64,000 nt of DNA from Verrucomicrobiota bacterium (GTDB lineage Bacteria > Verrucomicrobiota > Verrucomicrobiia > Opitutales > Coraliomargaritaceae), in the NCBI GenBank assembly GCA_039815375.1, contig JBCBZJ010000001.1, forward strand, positions 128,001 to 192,000. The letters are read 5' to 3'. The position numbers and the translations under genes were made by a program. Of the stretch, positions 12,657 to 23,522 are shown one piece after another (positions within the stretch are counted from its first letter, which is position 1; the number at the start of each line of letters is the position of its first letter). The notes under the pieces are model-generated. The model was not told the DNA's origin, did not search any database, and saw only the letters and a list, made by a program, of their open reading frames with translations.

Positions 12657-13184
12657 ATGCCATCATTTCCCACAATGGCTCCTACAGAAGAACTTTTCGA
12701 TGTCGTCGATACCGAGGACAATGTCCTCAGGCCGGAGACTCGATCCACTGTTCACCGTAATAGACTGCTGCATCGTGCCGTCCATATCTTTGTATTCAAT
12801 GCAGTCGGGCAACTCTACCTGCAGCGCCGCTCCATGACAAAGGATAGCGCTCCCGGCAAGTGGGTCAGTTCTTGCTCCGGGCACGTCGACAGTGGTGAGG
12901 ATTACGACACCGCAGCGGTTCGCGAGCTCGGGGAGGAGATTGGTTTGTTTGATCCGCAGGGGATGGAACGCGTCTTCAAGGAGGCACCCTGTGCGGCGAC
13001 GGGCAATGAGTTCGTCTGGGTCTACCGCTGCTATGACGAAGGGCCCTTTACGCTCGATCCCGAGGAGGTCAGCGACGGCAAGTGGATTGATCTCGAAAAG
13101 CTCGATCAATGGATCGAAGAACGTCCACGTGATTTTGCCTGGTCCTTCACCTATCTCTGGGCCAAGTATTGCAAGCAGGTCTGA
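12657..13184 (+). CDS. NUDIX hydrolase (IPP-isomerase/YfcD-like)
   Basis: Nudix box [34 protein letters not shown]. Exact start uncertain. Confidence 0.85.
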   Translation: MPSFPTMAPTEELFDVVDTEDNVLRPETRSTVHRNRLLHRAVHIFVFNAVGQLYLQRRSMTKDSAPGKWVSSCSGHVDSGEDYDTAAVRELGEEIGLFDPQGMERVFKEAPCAATGNEFVWVYRCYDEGPFTLDPEEVSDGKWIDLEKLDQWIEERPRDFAWSFTYLWAKYCKQV

Positions 13185-13318
13185 CTTCCAAGCGGAGTTC
13201 CATCGCCAAGTTCTCAAAGTCCTGATGACTGTTCAGGCATGTTGAACAGGGCTTTTTGGGCCTTCTTATCATACTTGCTTTATCTGAAGAGGACGCCAAA
13301 TTACCCTGCCTTGAACGC

Positions 13319-14830
13319 ATGGCCGCCCTAATACAGACACCAAAAATTCTCGTGATCGATGATGATGACGACCTTCGTTATTCCCTGAAGCGAGTGCTTT
13401 CGGGAAAGAAGTACGAAGTGTTGGAAGCAGGCAGTGGTGAAGACGGCATCAAGATGGCAGAGCAACACGGCCCGCACGTCATTCTCCTGGACAACCGCAT
13501 GGGTGGCATGAGCGGTATTGAAGCTCTGCAGCACCTGCGCGGGATTAATCCGAATGCCATGATTATCCTCATGACTGCTTATGGGACGACACAGACCACG
13601 ATCGAGGCGATGAAGTTCGGTGCCTTCGATTACATCATGAAGCCATTCGACCTGAAAAAGATCCTCACCCTGACCGAGGCGGCGGTTGCGGCTTCGAGTG
13701 ATCTGGACAAGGCCAATCAGGAGGAGCCCGAATTCGGCATTACGCAGGAAGACCTCGAAGGCGGCATCATCGGCAGTTCTGCAGCGATGCAAAATGTTTT
13801 CAAGATGATTGGTCAGGTTGCAGCCAGCGACGTTACAGTCATGATTACGGGAGAGAGTGGCACGGGTAAGGAATTGATCGCCCGCTCTATCTACAAAAAC
13901 AGCCTCCGCTCTCAGCGGCCCTACATCGCCGTCAATTGTGCAGCGATCCCGGAAAACCTCATTGAAAGCGAGCTTTTCGGTCATGAGAAAGGCTCTTTCA
14001 CGGGCGCGACAGGTCAACGCATCGGTAAGTTCGAGCTCTGTGATGGCGGCACAATTTTCCTCGATGAAATCGGGGATATGGCTTTGACGACGCAGACCAA
14101 GATTCTCCGTGCTTTGCAGGAGGGTGAGATCCAGCGCGTCGGCAGCAGTGATACGATTAAGGTCAATGTCCGCATGCTCGCCGCGACGAATAAGCCGCTT
14201 GAGGAAATGGTCGAAGAAAAGACTTTCCGTGAGGATCTCTATTACCGCCTGAACGTCGTGCGCATCCAACTGCCGCCGCTTCGCGAGCGCATGGAAGACG
14301 TGCCCCGGTTGATTGATTTCGTTCTGCGCCGCCTTGAACAGGAGAGTAAAGCCCGTGTAAAAGCGATCTCACCGGAGGCCCTTGAAGTGCTCAACTGCTA
14401 TAGTTGGCCGGGTAACGTTCGCGAACTTGAAAACCTGATCTACCGCAGTGCGGTAATGGCTCAAGGCGAGACAATTCTAATCAAGGACCTGCCTCAGGAG
14501 GTCGTTCTTGCTGTCGGTGGTGAAATCCCAACCACAAACCCACCGGTTGCGGTAGAGGCACCTGATGCGGATGCGAAGACTGCAGTCGAAACGGTCGCAG
14601 AGGAGGTTGGCGATGTGCTGGGCAAGCCGCTTGAGGAACCTTTTGATGACGCCTACAAAAAACTTCGCAGCGAGCGGGAGACGAATATCCTCGAGCACGC
14701 AGAGCGTGAATTCATCCGACGTGCACTGGACGAGGTCGGCGGAAAACAAGTCAAGGCTGCTGAAATTCTGGGTATGACTCGGGCTACCTTACGCAAGCGG
14801 ATGGACCAATACGATTTGGGAGGAAAGTGA
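13319..14830 (+). CDS. Sigma-54-dependent response regulator (NtrC/AtoC family)
   Basis: REC domain (DDDD, LLD, KPF), Walker [15 protein letters not shown] loop, [20 protein letters not shown]-terminal Fis HTH. Confidence 0.93.
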   Translation: MAALIQTPKILVIDDDDDLRYSLKRVLSGKKYEVLEAGSGEDGIKMAEQHGPHVILLDNRMGGMSGIEALQHLRGINPNAMIILMTAYGTTQTTIEAMKFGAFDYIMKPFDLKKILTLTEAAVAASSDLDKANQEEPEFGITQEDLEGGIIGSSAAMQNVFKMIGQVAASDVTVMITGESGTGKELIARSIYKNSLRSQRPYIAVNCAAIPENLIESELFGHEKGSFTGATGQRIGKFELCDGGTIFLDEIGDMALTTQTKILRALQEGEIQRVGSSDTIKVNVRMLAATNKPLEEMVEEKTFREDLYYRLNVVRIQLPPLRERMEDVPRLIDFVLRRLEQESKARVKAISPEALEVLNCYSWPGNVRELENLIYRSAVMAQGETILIKDLPQEVVLAVGGEIPTTNPPVAVEAPDADAKTAVETVAEEVGDVLGKPLEEPFDDAYKKLRSERETNILEHAEREFIRRALDEVGGKQVKAAEILGMTRATLRKRMDQYDLGGK

Positions 14831-14934
14831 ACCGATTTTAATAAGGCCTGTCTCTACAAACAAGGTTCTCCAGTTGACCTTTACCGAAAGGCGCCGATGC
14901 TCCGCTCCTTTGTTCTCTCCATTATATTATTACC

Positions 14935-16062
14935 ATGTATCTAAAGACTCTCCGTTTTTTCCTTATACTACCTTTATTCGGCGCATCACTTCTTGCTGAA
15001 GAAGACACTTCAGAAGTCGAACAGGTCGAGCCCATTGTCGAAGAGGTTGCTCCGCCGCCGGTCGAGGCGACTCCAGCCGAGCTGAATGAGGTGCTCGGCT
15101 ACCTTACCGCACTCGGTGGAGGTATTGGCTCGCTCCAGCTGGACGAAGAAGCGATCGTTGAATTGGCTGATGGCCTGAACAAGGCACTCAAAGGTGAAAT
15201 CGAAATCACTTCTTTACCCCAAGCCGAGGTCGAGAAAGCTTTTGGCGAAGCACAGGCTCGTGCTGAAGCCGTTCAGAGTGCCGCAGAGGAACTTCCTGCC
15301 TTTGGTGAAGGCTCTCTCGAGAAGATCGGTGCTCTTATCTGCATGCAGTCGGGCATCCAGCAGCTTGGCTTTGGTGCAGAAGATGCCGACGATATAAGGA
15401 AGGGTTTTATTGCGGGTGCTACTGCAACAGGTCTTACCCCCGAGATTGAAGCCAAGATGCCGGCGTTTCAGGCTATGATTGAAGGCAGAATGCAAATCGC
15501 ACAAGCTGCTGCGCTCGCCGAGCAGGAGAAAGCCCGCGAAGCAGCGATGGCAGAGTTTAAGCCAATTGCCGCGGAGTGGGGTGAAAAAGAAAATGTAAGT
15601 ATTGTTCTCGAGACCACTCAAGGTGAGGTCGAGGTCGAGCTCTACCCGAAGTCTGCACCCCTTGCGGTGGCCAATTTCGTCGGCCATGTTGAAAGTGGCT
15701 ACTACGATGGCATTATTTTCCACCGCGTGATCGATGGTTTCATGATCCAGGGTGGCGACCCACTTGGTTCCGGTATTGGAGGCGAGTCGATTTGGGGCAA
15801 ACCATTCCCGGATGAATTTACTGAAGAACTGCGTTTCGATACCGAAGGCCTACTGGCGATGGCTAATTCGGGGCCTATGACCAATGGCAGCCAGTTTTTC
15901 ATTACCACTGGCAAGCCAGACTGGCTCAATGATAAGCACACGATTTTTGGTAAAGTTGTTTCCGGTTATGATAATGTGGTCAAAATCGAGAAGACCGAGA
16001 CCGGCGAACAGGACAAGCCGGTTGCAGAGCAAAAAATCGTTAAAGCTTACCTTAAAAAATGA
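14935..16062 (+). CDS. Exported cyclophilin-type peptidyl-prolyl isomerase with long helical N-terminal region
   Basis: Signal peptide; C-terminal FHRVIDGFMIQGGDP, LAMANSGP, NGSQFFIT, HTIFG. Confidence 0.9.
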   Translation: MYLKTLRFFLILPLFGASLLAEEDTSEVEQVEPIVEEVAPPPVEATPAELNEVLGYLTALGGGIGSLQLDEEAIVELADGLNKALKGEIEITSLPQAEVEKAFGEAQARAEAVQSAAEELPAFGEGSLEKIGALICMQSGIQQLGFGAEDADDIRKGFIAGATATGLTPEIEAKMPAFQAMIEGRMQIAQAAALAEQEKAREAAMAEFKPIAAEWGEKENVSIVLETTQGEVEVELYPKSAPLAVANFVGHVESGYYDGIIFHRVIDGFMIQGGDPLGSGIGGESIWGKPFPDEFTEELRFDTEGLLAMANSGPMTNGSQFFITTGKPDWLNDKHTIFGKVVSGYDNVVKIEKTETGEQDKPVAEQKIVKAYLKK

Positions 16063-16084
16063 GCGTGTAGGCTACAATTTTCTG

Positions 16085-16114
16085 AAAGGCGAAGCCGCAT
16101 GGCTTCGCCTTTTT
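16085..16114. terminator. Intrinsic terminator between convergent PPIase and queE, possibly bidirectional
   Basis: AAAGGCGAAGCC-GCAT-GGCTTCGCCTTT-TT perfect hairpin with T/A tails. Confidence 0.85.
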
Positions 16115-16787
16115 AGTAGCCCTTAAGGATGCTTCCGCCAAGCGGGGCCGCTGCCTCGCTACGGGTATCAAGACTGTCGGCAGCGTAAGGTTTGTGTATT
16201 TGCCAACCTGCACGGTAGGGTGCGCCGTGTTCTTTGATCCACTGCGTGATTGCTTCGAGTAATTCAGCATCCTCACGCATAGACCATTCCGGATGCAGCC
16301 AGATCGGAGGTTTTGCGTTCGCTGATTGGATAAGGTTATCGTATTCGCGAATTGAATACGGAGAATCGACAATGACCTTGAACTCGTTTGCCTTTCTGAG
16401 GTTTTCCTTCAGGGGCAGCTTCCATCTTTTCGGGCTGAGTGTGATCCAGTCGAAATCACCTTTGATTGGAAAAGCGCCGCTGGTTTCGAGATGCGCTTTC
16501 AATCCGACTTCATGGAGTGCATCGACGAGCGGGGAAAGATTATGAACCGTCGGTTCGCCTCCGGTCACAACTACGAACTCAGCGTTTGTTTCGTTAACCG
16601 CTTGAACCAGGGTTGCTACATCAAAGCGGTGCACCTTTTCCGGGATGTAGTCCGGATGCCAGGTGCCTGCGGAGTCGCACCAGGGGCAATGCACCGGACA
16701 GCCAAAGGTGCGGATGAAATAAGCCGCACGACCGATGTGCACGCCTTCACCTTGAAAAGAATAGAACTGCTCGTGAATCGGGAGCAT
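16113..16787 (-). CDS. queE: 7-carboxy-7-deazaguanine synthase (radical SAM)
   Basis: [22 protein letters not shown]; in operon with queD and queC. Confidence 0.92.
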   Translation of the reverse strand: MLPIHEQFYSFQGEGVHIGRAAYFIRTFGCPVHCPWCDSAGTWHPDYIPEKVHRFDVATLVQAVNETNAEFVVVTGGEPTVHNLSPLVDALHEVGLKAHLETSGAFPIKGDFDWITLSPKRWKLPLKENLRKANEFKVIVDSPYSIREYDNLIQSANAKPPIWLHPEWSMREDAELLEAITQWIKEHGAPYRAGWQIHKPYAADSLDTRSEAAAPLGGSILKGY

Positions 16788-17218
16788 CAGTCGATTCGGT
16801 ATTCAGCCGAATTTTTGGAGTCCTCCTCAATTTCGACTGCAACGATCCGGCAGCGGCCCTCGGTGCCCTCGCGCACTATCGCATCGAAAACACCGTGCAG
16901 GTGCTCGGCGATTCCTTCGCAGGAGCAACTCGGCAGGATATAGGCGTGGAAGAGTTCGGCGTAATCTTGAAGGAGCTTGTCCTTCTCGGAATCGTCCTGA
17001 TTGAAGAGGCAGGCGTGGTCGAGGTGGTCGGCAATCCATTGCTTGATGTCGCTGAGCTTGCCGAAATCGATGACGAAGCCGTTGGCATCAAGGTCTTCAC
17101 ATGCGAAGGTTAGCGTGATGGTCCAGTTGTGCCCGTGGATCAAGGCGCAGTGCCCTTCATGTCGGTGCTGACGATGGGCGAAGGGGATGTCGCGGTAGCT
17201 CTTTTTACACGTGATCAT
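16787..17218 (-). CDS. queD: 6-carboxy-5,6,7,8-tetrahydropterin synthase
   Basis: AHR...[16 protein letters not shown] motifs. Confidence 0.9.
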   Translation of the reverse strand: MITCKKSYRDIPFAHRQHRHEGHCALIHGHNWTITLTFACEDLDANGFVIDFGKLSDIKQWIADHLDHACLFNQDDSEKDKLLQDYAELFHAYILPSCSCEGIAEHLHGVFDAIVREGTEGRCRIVAVEIEEDSKNSAEYRID

Positions 17219-17246
17219 GTTTAGTTTAAATCGTTATCTTAATCGT

Positions 17247-17948
17247 CTAGAGGCGCCAGTTTTTGGCCAGGAGGGCTTCCACACTCGGGGCATCCGCCTG
17301 GTATTCCGTTGGGTCCTCAACTCCGGCAAGGTAAAAGGCTTCGCGGCGTTCGATGCAGGTGCCACAGCGGCCACAGTGTTTCTCGCCACCTTTGTAACAG
17401 GACCAGGTTAACTCAAAGGGCACTTCGAGCTCTGCTCCGCGTCGAACGATGTCCGCCTTACTCCAGTCAACAAAGGGGCGACTAAGCTCAATTTTTTCCC
17501 AATCGCAGAGGGTCATGGCTTGGGCCATCGCATCAGCAAACTCATTCCGGCAATCCGGATAGATCGCATGGTCGCCGCTATGCGCGGCATAGGCGACTTG
17601 CGTTGCACCAATTGAAAGAGCGTGTCCGGTGGCAAGGGCCAGCAAAATCATGTTCCGGTTCGGCACCACTGTGGTCTTCATGTTCTCTTCGGTGTAGTGG
17701 CCTTCAGCGACATCGATCTCTGGTGAAGTGAGGCTGCTGCCGGCGAGCAGCGGCTGGATTGCCGAAAGGTCGGCGACCTTGTGCCCAATGCCGAGCTGTT
17801 TACAAACTGAAGCCGCACATTCCAGTTCCTTGACGTGACGCTGTCCGTAGTCGACCGAAAGCGCGTGCACATCGTGCCCGGTTTTGAGCATGTGATAGAG
17901 TAGGACGGTTGAGTCCAGACCGCCGGAGTAGATCGCAAGTGTTTTCAT
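17247..17948 (-). CDS. queC: 7-cyano-7-deazaguanine synthase
   Basis: [34 protein letters not shown]. True start ATG 17948; the longer ORF runs through the tRNA genes. Confidence 0.95.
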   Translation of the reverse strand: MKTLAIYSGGLDSTVLLYHMLKTGHDVHALSVDYGQRHVKELECAASVCKQLGIGHKVADLSAIQPLLAGSSLTSPEIDVAEGHYTEENMKTTVVPNRNMILLALATGHALSIGATQVAYAAHSGDHAIYPDCRNEFADAMAQAMTLCDWEKIELSRPFVDWSKADIVRRGAELEVPFELTWSCYKGGEKHCGRCGTCIERREAFYLAGVEDPTEYQADAPSVEALLAKNWRL

Positions 17949-18098
17949 GAATTCAGTGGTTGGCCGAGTGGCCTGCCCTGGGAATTCCTTAGCAGGGCGA
18001 AAAGAGCGTAGCGTGGTGTTCAGGCGGCACGGGGCAAGTATAAACAAGGCTTTTCGCATTGACCTGAAGATGGCTGCGTTGAAGCTGATAACAATCAG

Positions 18099-18173
18099 GC
18101 TCCCGTAGTTCAATGGATAGAGCAGTGGTCTCCGAAGCCGCAAATGTGGGTTCGAATCCCGCCGGGAGCACCA
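18099..18173 (+). tRNA. tRNA-Arg (anticodon CCG)
   Basis: GCTCCCG/CGGGAGC acceptor stem, anticodon loop CT-CCG-AA, GGTTCGAATCC T-arm, encoded CCA. Confidence 0.93.
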
Positions 18174-18205
18174 GCCGTGGCTGAAGTGCTTGCATCTGAG
18201 AAGAC

Positions 18206-18281
<76 letters not shown>

Positions 18282-18405
18282 CCTTTCAGAAGCGGGGGAT
18301 GCAATGTCGGCGCATCGGGCTTGTCAAGAAAAGGAAATACTTACTGAATTGAATTTGAACGTTTTTTTTTGGGAACAAATCTAAGCTTCAGACGATCTAG
18401 CTTAT

Positions 18406-19020
18406 ATGAACCCCACTATGACTGCAAAAACCGAAGCCTTGAACCCTGATGATTTGTTGATTGAGCGTGTCAAAAACGGGGACACCGCAGCCTACAACGA
18501 CATTGTCGGCCGCTATTACGACAGAATTTACGCTCGAGTCTCTCAACTCCTTAAGAACAAACAAGATGCGGAGGAAGTGACGCAAGACGCCTTCATCCGT
18601 GCGCATCGAGGTCTTGAGAATTTTCGGGGCGACGCCTCTTTTTCTACCTGGCTCTACCAAATTGCGACAAATTTGGCGCACAATCGCTACTGGTATTGGT
18701 TCCGCCGCAAGCGTGACCAGTCTATTTCGCTCGATCAGCCACTCACCGATGATGGTGATTTGATTCTTGAGAATGTTATGCCGAGCGAGGGTGAGAACCC
18801 TGCAGAAGCTGCGGTGACTCAGGAATTCGTAGATCGTGTTAGCGAGTGCATGCACGGGCTTAATGAAAAGCACAAGGAAGTGCTGATTCTAAGGAATGTT
18901 AAGAACTTGTCCTATGATGAGATCGCGGCACAGCTCGAGATCAGCGTAGGCACTGTGAAGAGTCGAATCGCCCGTGCGCGCGAAAGCCTTCGCGAATTGA
19001 TGGGTAATGATTTTTCATGA
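18406..19020 (+). CDS. ECF sigma-70 factor (RpoE-like)
   Basis: DAEEVTQDAF, FSTWLYQIATN, LSYDEIA...GTVKSRIARAR. Confidence 0.92.
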   Translation: MNPTMTAKTEALNPDDLLIERVKNGDTAAYNDIVGRYYDRIYARVSQLLKNKQDAEEVTQDAFIRAHRGLENFRGDASFSTWLYQIATNLAHNRYWYWFRRKRDQSISLDQPLTDDGDLILENVMPSEGENPAEAAVTQEFVDRVSECMHGLNEKHKEVLILRNVKNLSYDEIAAQLEISVGTVKSRIARARESLRELMGNDFS

Positions 19021-19742
19021 CAGACGAGCGTTTCTCAGAACTCGTAGATCTCTATCTCGATAAGGAAATTTCGGCGGATGAGTTGAAGCTCCTTAAGGTC
19101 GAGCTTGCATCCAATCCTGACCGGATGCGTGCTTTTTCCGAACGTTGTCGATTGCATCAAGCTATGCGTCTCGCGTTGGATCCGGAACGCTCCAATTACT
19201 CGCATTTTTCGTGCGCGCAAGGAAGCGATGCAGGTAGGCGGCTCAGAAAGCCGGAAGTGGCTCTTTTCCCTCGTTGGGTGTTGGGCTCCGGTGTGGCAGC
19301 GTCGGTCTTGGTTGCTCTGATTCTTTTGCCAGCGGTTATGCGTGATACGACCGATGCTTCAGCTCAGCGGGATTTGGTGGTGGTTGCGGACACGGAGCTA
19401 CCGCAAAGCGACCCACTTGATATGATTGGAAAGTCTGAGCTGCGTCGTTTCGCAAATACACAGCAACAACGTGCTGTGGAGACCCACGCCAGTTTGGTGT
19501 CACAAATGCGTTTACTAGGGTTGCGTCCGGAGTTGACTCCTCGGGACAAGGATCTTCGTGAAGTCAGTCTGGCTACTGTGCAAGAAGTTGAACGAAGTGT
19601 AAGCCAGGCAGAGCTTTTCCAGCGTCTTCAGGGGCTTCGTGCAATCCCAGAGCAAGAGCTTCTCAGGCTAGATGAGGTGCCGGCGGCACCGGTTAGTTGG
19701 CCGGGCAATTTCCAGTCCTCACTTGTCAGCTTCGGTAATTAA
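19017..19742 (+). CDS. Probable anti-sigma factor
   Basis: Overlaps the ECF sigma stop (ATGA); N-terminal ELVDLYLDKEIS domain followed by a single TM helix. Confidence 0.65.
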   Translation: MTDERFSELVDLYLDKEISADELKLLKVELASNPDRMRAFSERCRLHQAMRLALDPERSNYSHFSCAQGSDAGRRLRKPEVALFPRWVLGSGVAASVLVALILLPAVMRDTTDASAQRDLVVVADTELPQSDPLDMIGKSELRRFANTQQQRAVETHASLVSQMRLLGLRPELTPRDKDLREVSLATVQEVERSVSQAELFQRLQGLRAIPEQELLRLDEVPAAPVSWPGNFQSSLVSFGN

Positions 19743-19750
19743 TCGCCGCT

Positions 19751-21865
19751 TCAGGGCTGACCCTGTGCTCGTCGCATGGCGCGAGCTGCAGCTTCGGGTT
19801 GGTTGTTCTGTTGATAGGCCAAAGAAAGATTATACCAAGCACGGGAGAAATCCGGTTGAATTGCAACCGCCTCTTCGAGGTAGCCGATAGCCATCTGCAG
19901 GTCTTCTGTTTCTGCTGCCAATAACCCGAGTGAGTAGGGGAAGGTTGCATTGTTCGGTGCTATCTCCCATCCGGTAAAAAGTTTCGTGCGAGCCTCCTTG
20001 TTCAAGCCAGCCATGCTGAGAAGTATAGCAGACTGACGGTAGATGCCCGGATTTAGGCTGTCATATTTGATCGCGCGTTCGAGATACTTTCGGAGTTCGG
20101 GGAGTTTCTGATCGATAGCAGCCTGGTTCGCCTTGATCAAAAGCGACTGAGGGCGGTCGATGTTGAATTCAAGGTATTCATCCCAATCTTTAGCGGCGGT
20201 AGCGTCCGAGATTGGCAGATTCAATGTTGTCAGCGCTCGCGAGGCAGAGATGCGAACAGAGCGGGATGGATCGGACAGCGCATCGAGCGCGAACTTACTG
20301 TCCCGCTCTATTTGCGAGAGGGCACCGATTGCCCTTTCACGAACCATGGGGCTTTCGTCCCCCTTACCTGCTTCGATTGCCTGAATCGCGGTCGGATCCG
20401 GGATGTCGTTTCCAATCAGCCCGGTGTAGGTCGCGCGCCACGCAGCAATGTCCTCTGTCTCAAGTAGTTTGAGAAGTGCTGGCAGTGCTGCCGGGCTATA
20501 CTCATAGGCCGCTTGAATGGTTCGAGCTCTCTGCCGCTGACGACTCTTGGCCAGTTTTTCACCATACCACTGTTCTGCATACTCTACCGCCCAGTCGACC
20601 GGTTCGTCGGTGTGGCATGAGCTGCAGGCATTCGGTATGCCAAGCTCCTTAGTCATCAGAGGATCAGGGGAGTGAAATCCGTGGTCAGCGCGTGGATCGA
20701 CCTGCATGTAGACTCGTTTCGGCATGTGGCAGTTCACGCATTGATTTCCGGTGCTGCCTTCTGGGTGAAAACTATGTGCGACTGGCTCGATTGTGGGTGC
20801 ATCCATATATCCATTTTCATGGCAACGCATGCAGAGCATGTTGTTTTCAACGGGTAGGATACGCTCTAGACTGTGGGGATTATGGCAATCCATGCAGCTG
20901 ACGCCAGCATGGGCCATCCGACTCATTTGGAATGAAGCATGGACAAAGACCTCATCGCGAATCTGCCCATCCGGGAAGTAGAGGCCTTGTTGGTCGGGCA
21001 GGCTCAAGCTGAAATGGTCGTGATAAGCATCGCCGGTGCTGAAGGCATCCGAAGTGAGTTGATCGCGCCGCGAGTGGCAGGTCACACAGTTGTCTTCGAT
21101 CTGCCGCTTGTTTAGAATGGGCAATGCTGCATATGATCCAGAGTGCGCCGCTTGCAAATGATCCTCCAGCCCGGTGTGGCATTCTGCACACGCGATTCCC
21201 TGCTGAATCCATCTCGAATCGTATCGGTCGGAATCGAAATCATAGCCCTTGGCAAATTCTGTCGTGTGGCAATAGGCACAGTTGGCGTTCCAGTTCATGC
21301 CTTGTCCCGTCCAGTGTCCCCATTCGCCGGGCACTCGGTTTTCTCCCGCAAACACATCGACCCACTTGTCATTGATCACATCATACGACGCACTGATTGT
21401 TTGAAATTTGTTTCCCTCGAGGCGAGTCAGATACTGCCGAATCGGTGTTTCACCAATGACCCCAATCAATTCGTAGTCCGTTTGCTCACCGCTTTCCTCG
21501 AAGACTTTCAGCCAGAATTTTCCATCTAAGGTTTCCAGGCGGTAGTTGACACCTGACTCTGAGATTTCACGAGTCGGCGTGAAAGCGGAGGAGTCGAGCT
21601 CTTTGGATACGGGGCGATTTGCTTTTGCGTGATGACTCTGCTGCCATTGAGCAACCTCATCGGCATGACATTCCACACAGGAGGATGGTCCGCTTCGTGC
21701 CAGCCGTGGGCCATCATAGGTGAACGGAAAGATGCCATATCTGGCCTGTGCATCTGCGCTCTCGGTTGCAATGTAACCATCACCAGACTGTTGCCCACAC
21801 CCAATGAAGGAAAGCCCGACGGCGCTAAGAAGCACCGCGGGCGGTAAGTTCGTTCGCTGCAACAT
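19751..21865 (-). CDS. Multiheme (8 CxxCH) c-type cytochrome lipoprotein with HEAT/TPR C-terminus
   Basis: Lipobox FIGC; CVECH, CAYCH, CAECH, CVTCH, CMDCH, CMRCH, CVNCH, CSSCH; TPR-like AWYNLSLAY. Confidence 0.88.
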   Translation of the reverse strand: MLQRTNLPPAVLLSAVGLSFIGCGQQSGDGYIATESADAQARYGIFPFTYDGPRLARSGPSSCVECHADEVAQWQQSHHAKANRPVSKELDSSAFTPTREISESGVNYRLETLDGKFWLKVFEESGEQTDYELIGVIGETPIRQYLTRLEGNKFQTISASYDVINDKWVDVFAGENRVPGEWGHWTGQGMNWNANCAYCHTTEFAKGYDFDSDRYDSRWIQQGIACAECHTGLEDHLQAAHSGSYAALPILNKRQIEDNCVTCHSRRDQLTSDAFSTGDAYHDHFSLSLPDQQGLYFPDGQIRDEVFVHASFQMSRMAHAGVSCMDCHNPHSLERILPVENNMLCMRCHENGYMDAPTIEPVAHSFHPEGSTGNQCVNCHMPKRVYMQVDPRADHGFHSPDPLMTKELGIPNACSSCHTDEPVDWAVEYAEQWYGEKLAKSRQRQRARTIQAAYEYSPAALPALLKLLETEDIAAWRATYTGLIGNDIPDPTAIQAIEAGKGDESPMVRERAIGALSQIERDSKFALDALSDPSRSVRISASRALTTLNLPISDATAAKDWDEYLEFNIDRPQSLLIKANQAAIDQKLPELRKYLERAIKYDSLNPGIYRQSAILLSMAGLNKEARTKLFTGWEIAPNNATFPYSLGLLAAETEDLQMAIGYLEEAVAIQPDFSRAWYNLSLAYQQNNQPEAAARAMRRAQGQP

Positions 21866-21955
21866 CGTTTCCTAATACTGAAAAAAGATACCTATTCGGT
21901 CAAGTTTCTGGCGGAGGCTTGATTTAGTCATGCGTGGAGATAATGTCCCCTGTTA

Positions 21956-23485
21956 ATGAAAGTTATCCTTCTGTTGCTGTTTGGTGCACTACTTGGCGTA
22001 ACTTGCCTGCCTTACCTGCTGTTTCGACAGAAGGACATGCCACCGGGAGCAAACCGATCGAGTCCGTTCTATTCATTCAATTATGCAGAGCTCCTGATCG
22101 ACTGCACGGCCTGGGATGCCAAGCAAGAGCGCTACATTCTGGATCACCGTATCTTTGATACGATGCTCCGGGAAATCGAACAGGCAGAGACTTTCCTTAT
22201 CGCGGATTTCTTTCTTTGGAATCCATGGAGGGGAAAGCTTGAAGGAGGTGGAAACTTGCGCCCATTGGCCAATGAGCTCACGGTAGCACTGATTGAAAAA
22301 CGTATCCAAAATCCGGATATGCCCATGCTAGTCATTACTGATCCGATCAACCGGATATATGGAGACCAAGCTCCGGAAATCTACGACCGTATGGCGGATG
22401 CCGGCATTCCGGTAGTCTTTACTGCACTCGATGAACTACCGGACTCCAACATGGTCTATGCACCACAGGCTTGGTTCTGGTCGAAGTTTATTCCGGATGA
22501 ATCCTCGGATGAGGCGACCCGCTCAATGCCTAACCCCTTTGATCCTCTAGGCGAGAAGCTTACCCTTGCACAGTTCGGGAGACTACTTTATTTCAAAGCT
22601 AACCACCGCAAGGCCCTCATCACAGGGCGCATCGGCGGAGAAACACGCGTGCTCATACCCAGCCTTAATCCGGCGGATGGAAGTGCCAACCATTCGAATG
22701 TCGGATTGCTGGTCGATGGTCCTGTCGCACGGGTTGCGGCAGATTCGGAAATCAGTATTGCCCGTTGGTCTGTTTCTAAAGACGAGAATATACACGCTGG
22801 ACTTGTGCCCGAAGCGGCAAAGGCCATTGCCGATATCTACGACCTACTCGAAACCTTTCCGAAGCCCGATCATGCAGGGCAGGGGAGTGCCTCGGTTGCC
22901 TACCGTAGTGAGCGTGCGATTCAGGACGAAATTGTGCTGCAATTTCAAAAAGCTGTTACCGGCACACGTATTGATATCGGGATGTTTTACTTTTCAGATC
23001 GAAAAGTAGTTGAAGCTTTGATCGGGGCTATCGAACGGGGTGCAGCAGTCCGCGTTCTCCTCGATGCAAATCGAGATGCCTTTGGTCGCGAAAAGAACGG
23101 CATCCCGAATCGTATGATTGCAGCGGAGATCATGGAGCTCTCGGAGCAATATCAAGTGGAAGTCCGTTGGGCCGCTACGCACGGTGAACAATTTCACGGT
23201 AAAGTCCTCCGTGTGAGTGGGCCCCAACAGGAGATCCTGTTTCTGGGTTCGGCCAACTGGACCCGGCGTAATCTCGCCAACCTCAATCTCGAAGCCAACC
23301 TGCTTTTGGCGAATACTTCCTTCATTAACGAAGCGTTCGATGCCTACTTTGATTCCATTTGGAATAACAAACGAAGCTACGAAGAGAGCCTGCCTTATGA
23401 AGTATGGGCTGAAACAGGATGGAACTTGCGATGGAAGACTTGGCTCTACCGTTTCCAGGAATGGAGCGGAGCCTCAACCTTCTGA
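21956..23485 (+). CDS. Phospholipase D-family protein
   Basis: N-terminal anchor; two HxK motifs (ANHRKALIT, FHGKVLRV) and GSANWT. Confidence 0.82.
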   Translation: MKVILLLLFGALLGVTCLPYLLFRQKDMPPGANRSSPFYSFNYAELLIDCTAWDAKQERYILDHRIFDTMLREIEQAETFLIADFFLWNPWRGKLEGGGNLRPLANELTVALIEKRIQNPDMPMLVITDPINRIYGDQAPEIYDRMADAGIPVVFTALDELPDSNMVYAPQAWFWSKFIPDESSDEATRSMPNPFDPLGEKLTLAQFGRLLYFKANHRKALITGRIGGETRVLIPSLNPADGSANHSNVGLLVDGPVARVAADSEISIARWSVSKDENIHAGLVPEAAKAIADIYDLLETFPKPDHAGQGSASVAYRSERAIQDEIVLQFQKAVTGTRIDIGMFYFSDRKVVEALIGAIERGAAVRVLLDANRDAFGREKNGIPNRMIAAEIMELSEQYQVEVRWAATHGEQFHGKVLRVSGPQQEILFLGSANWTRRNLANLNLEANLLLANTSFINEAFDAYFDSIWNNKRSYEESLPYEVWAETGWNLRWKTWLYRFQEWSGASTF

Positions 23486-23522
23486 AGCGAGTGACATTGC
23501 TCCCGGCTGCCCGGTTTCATCC

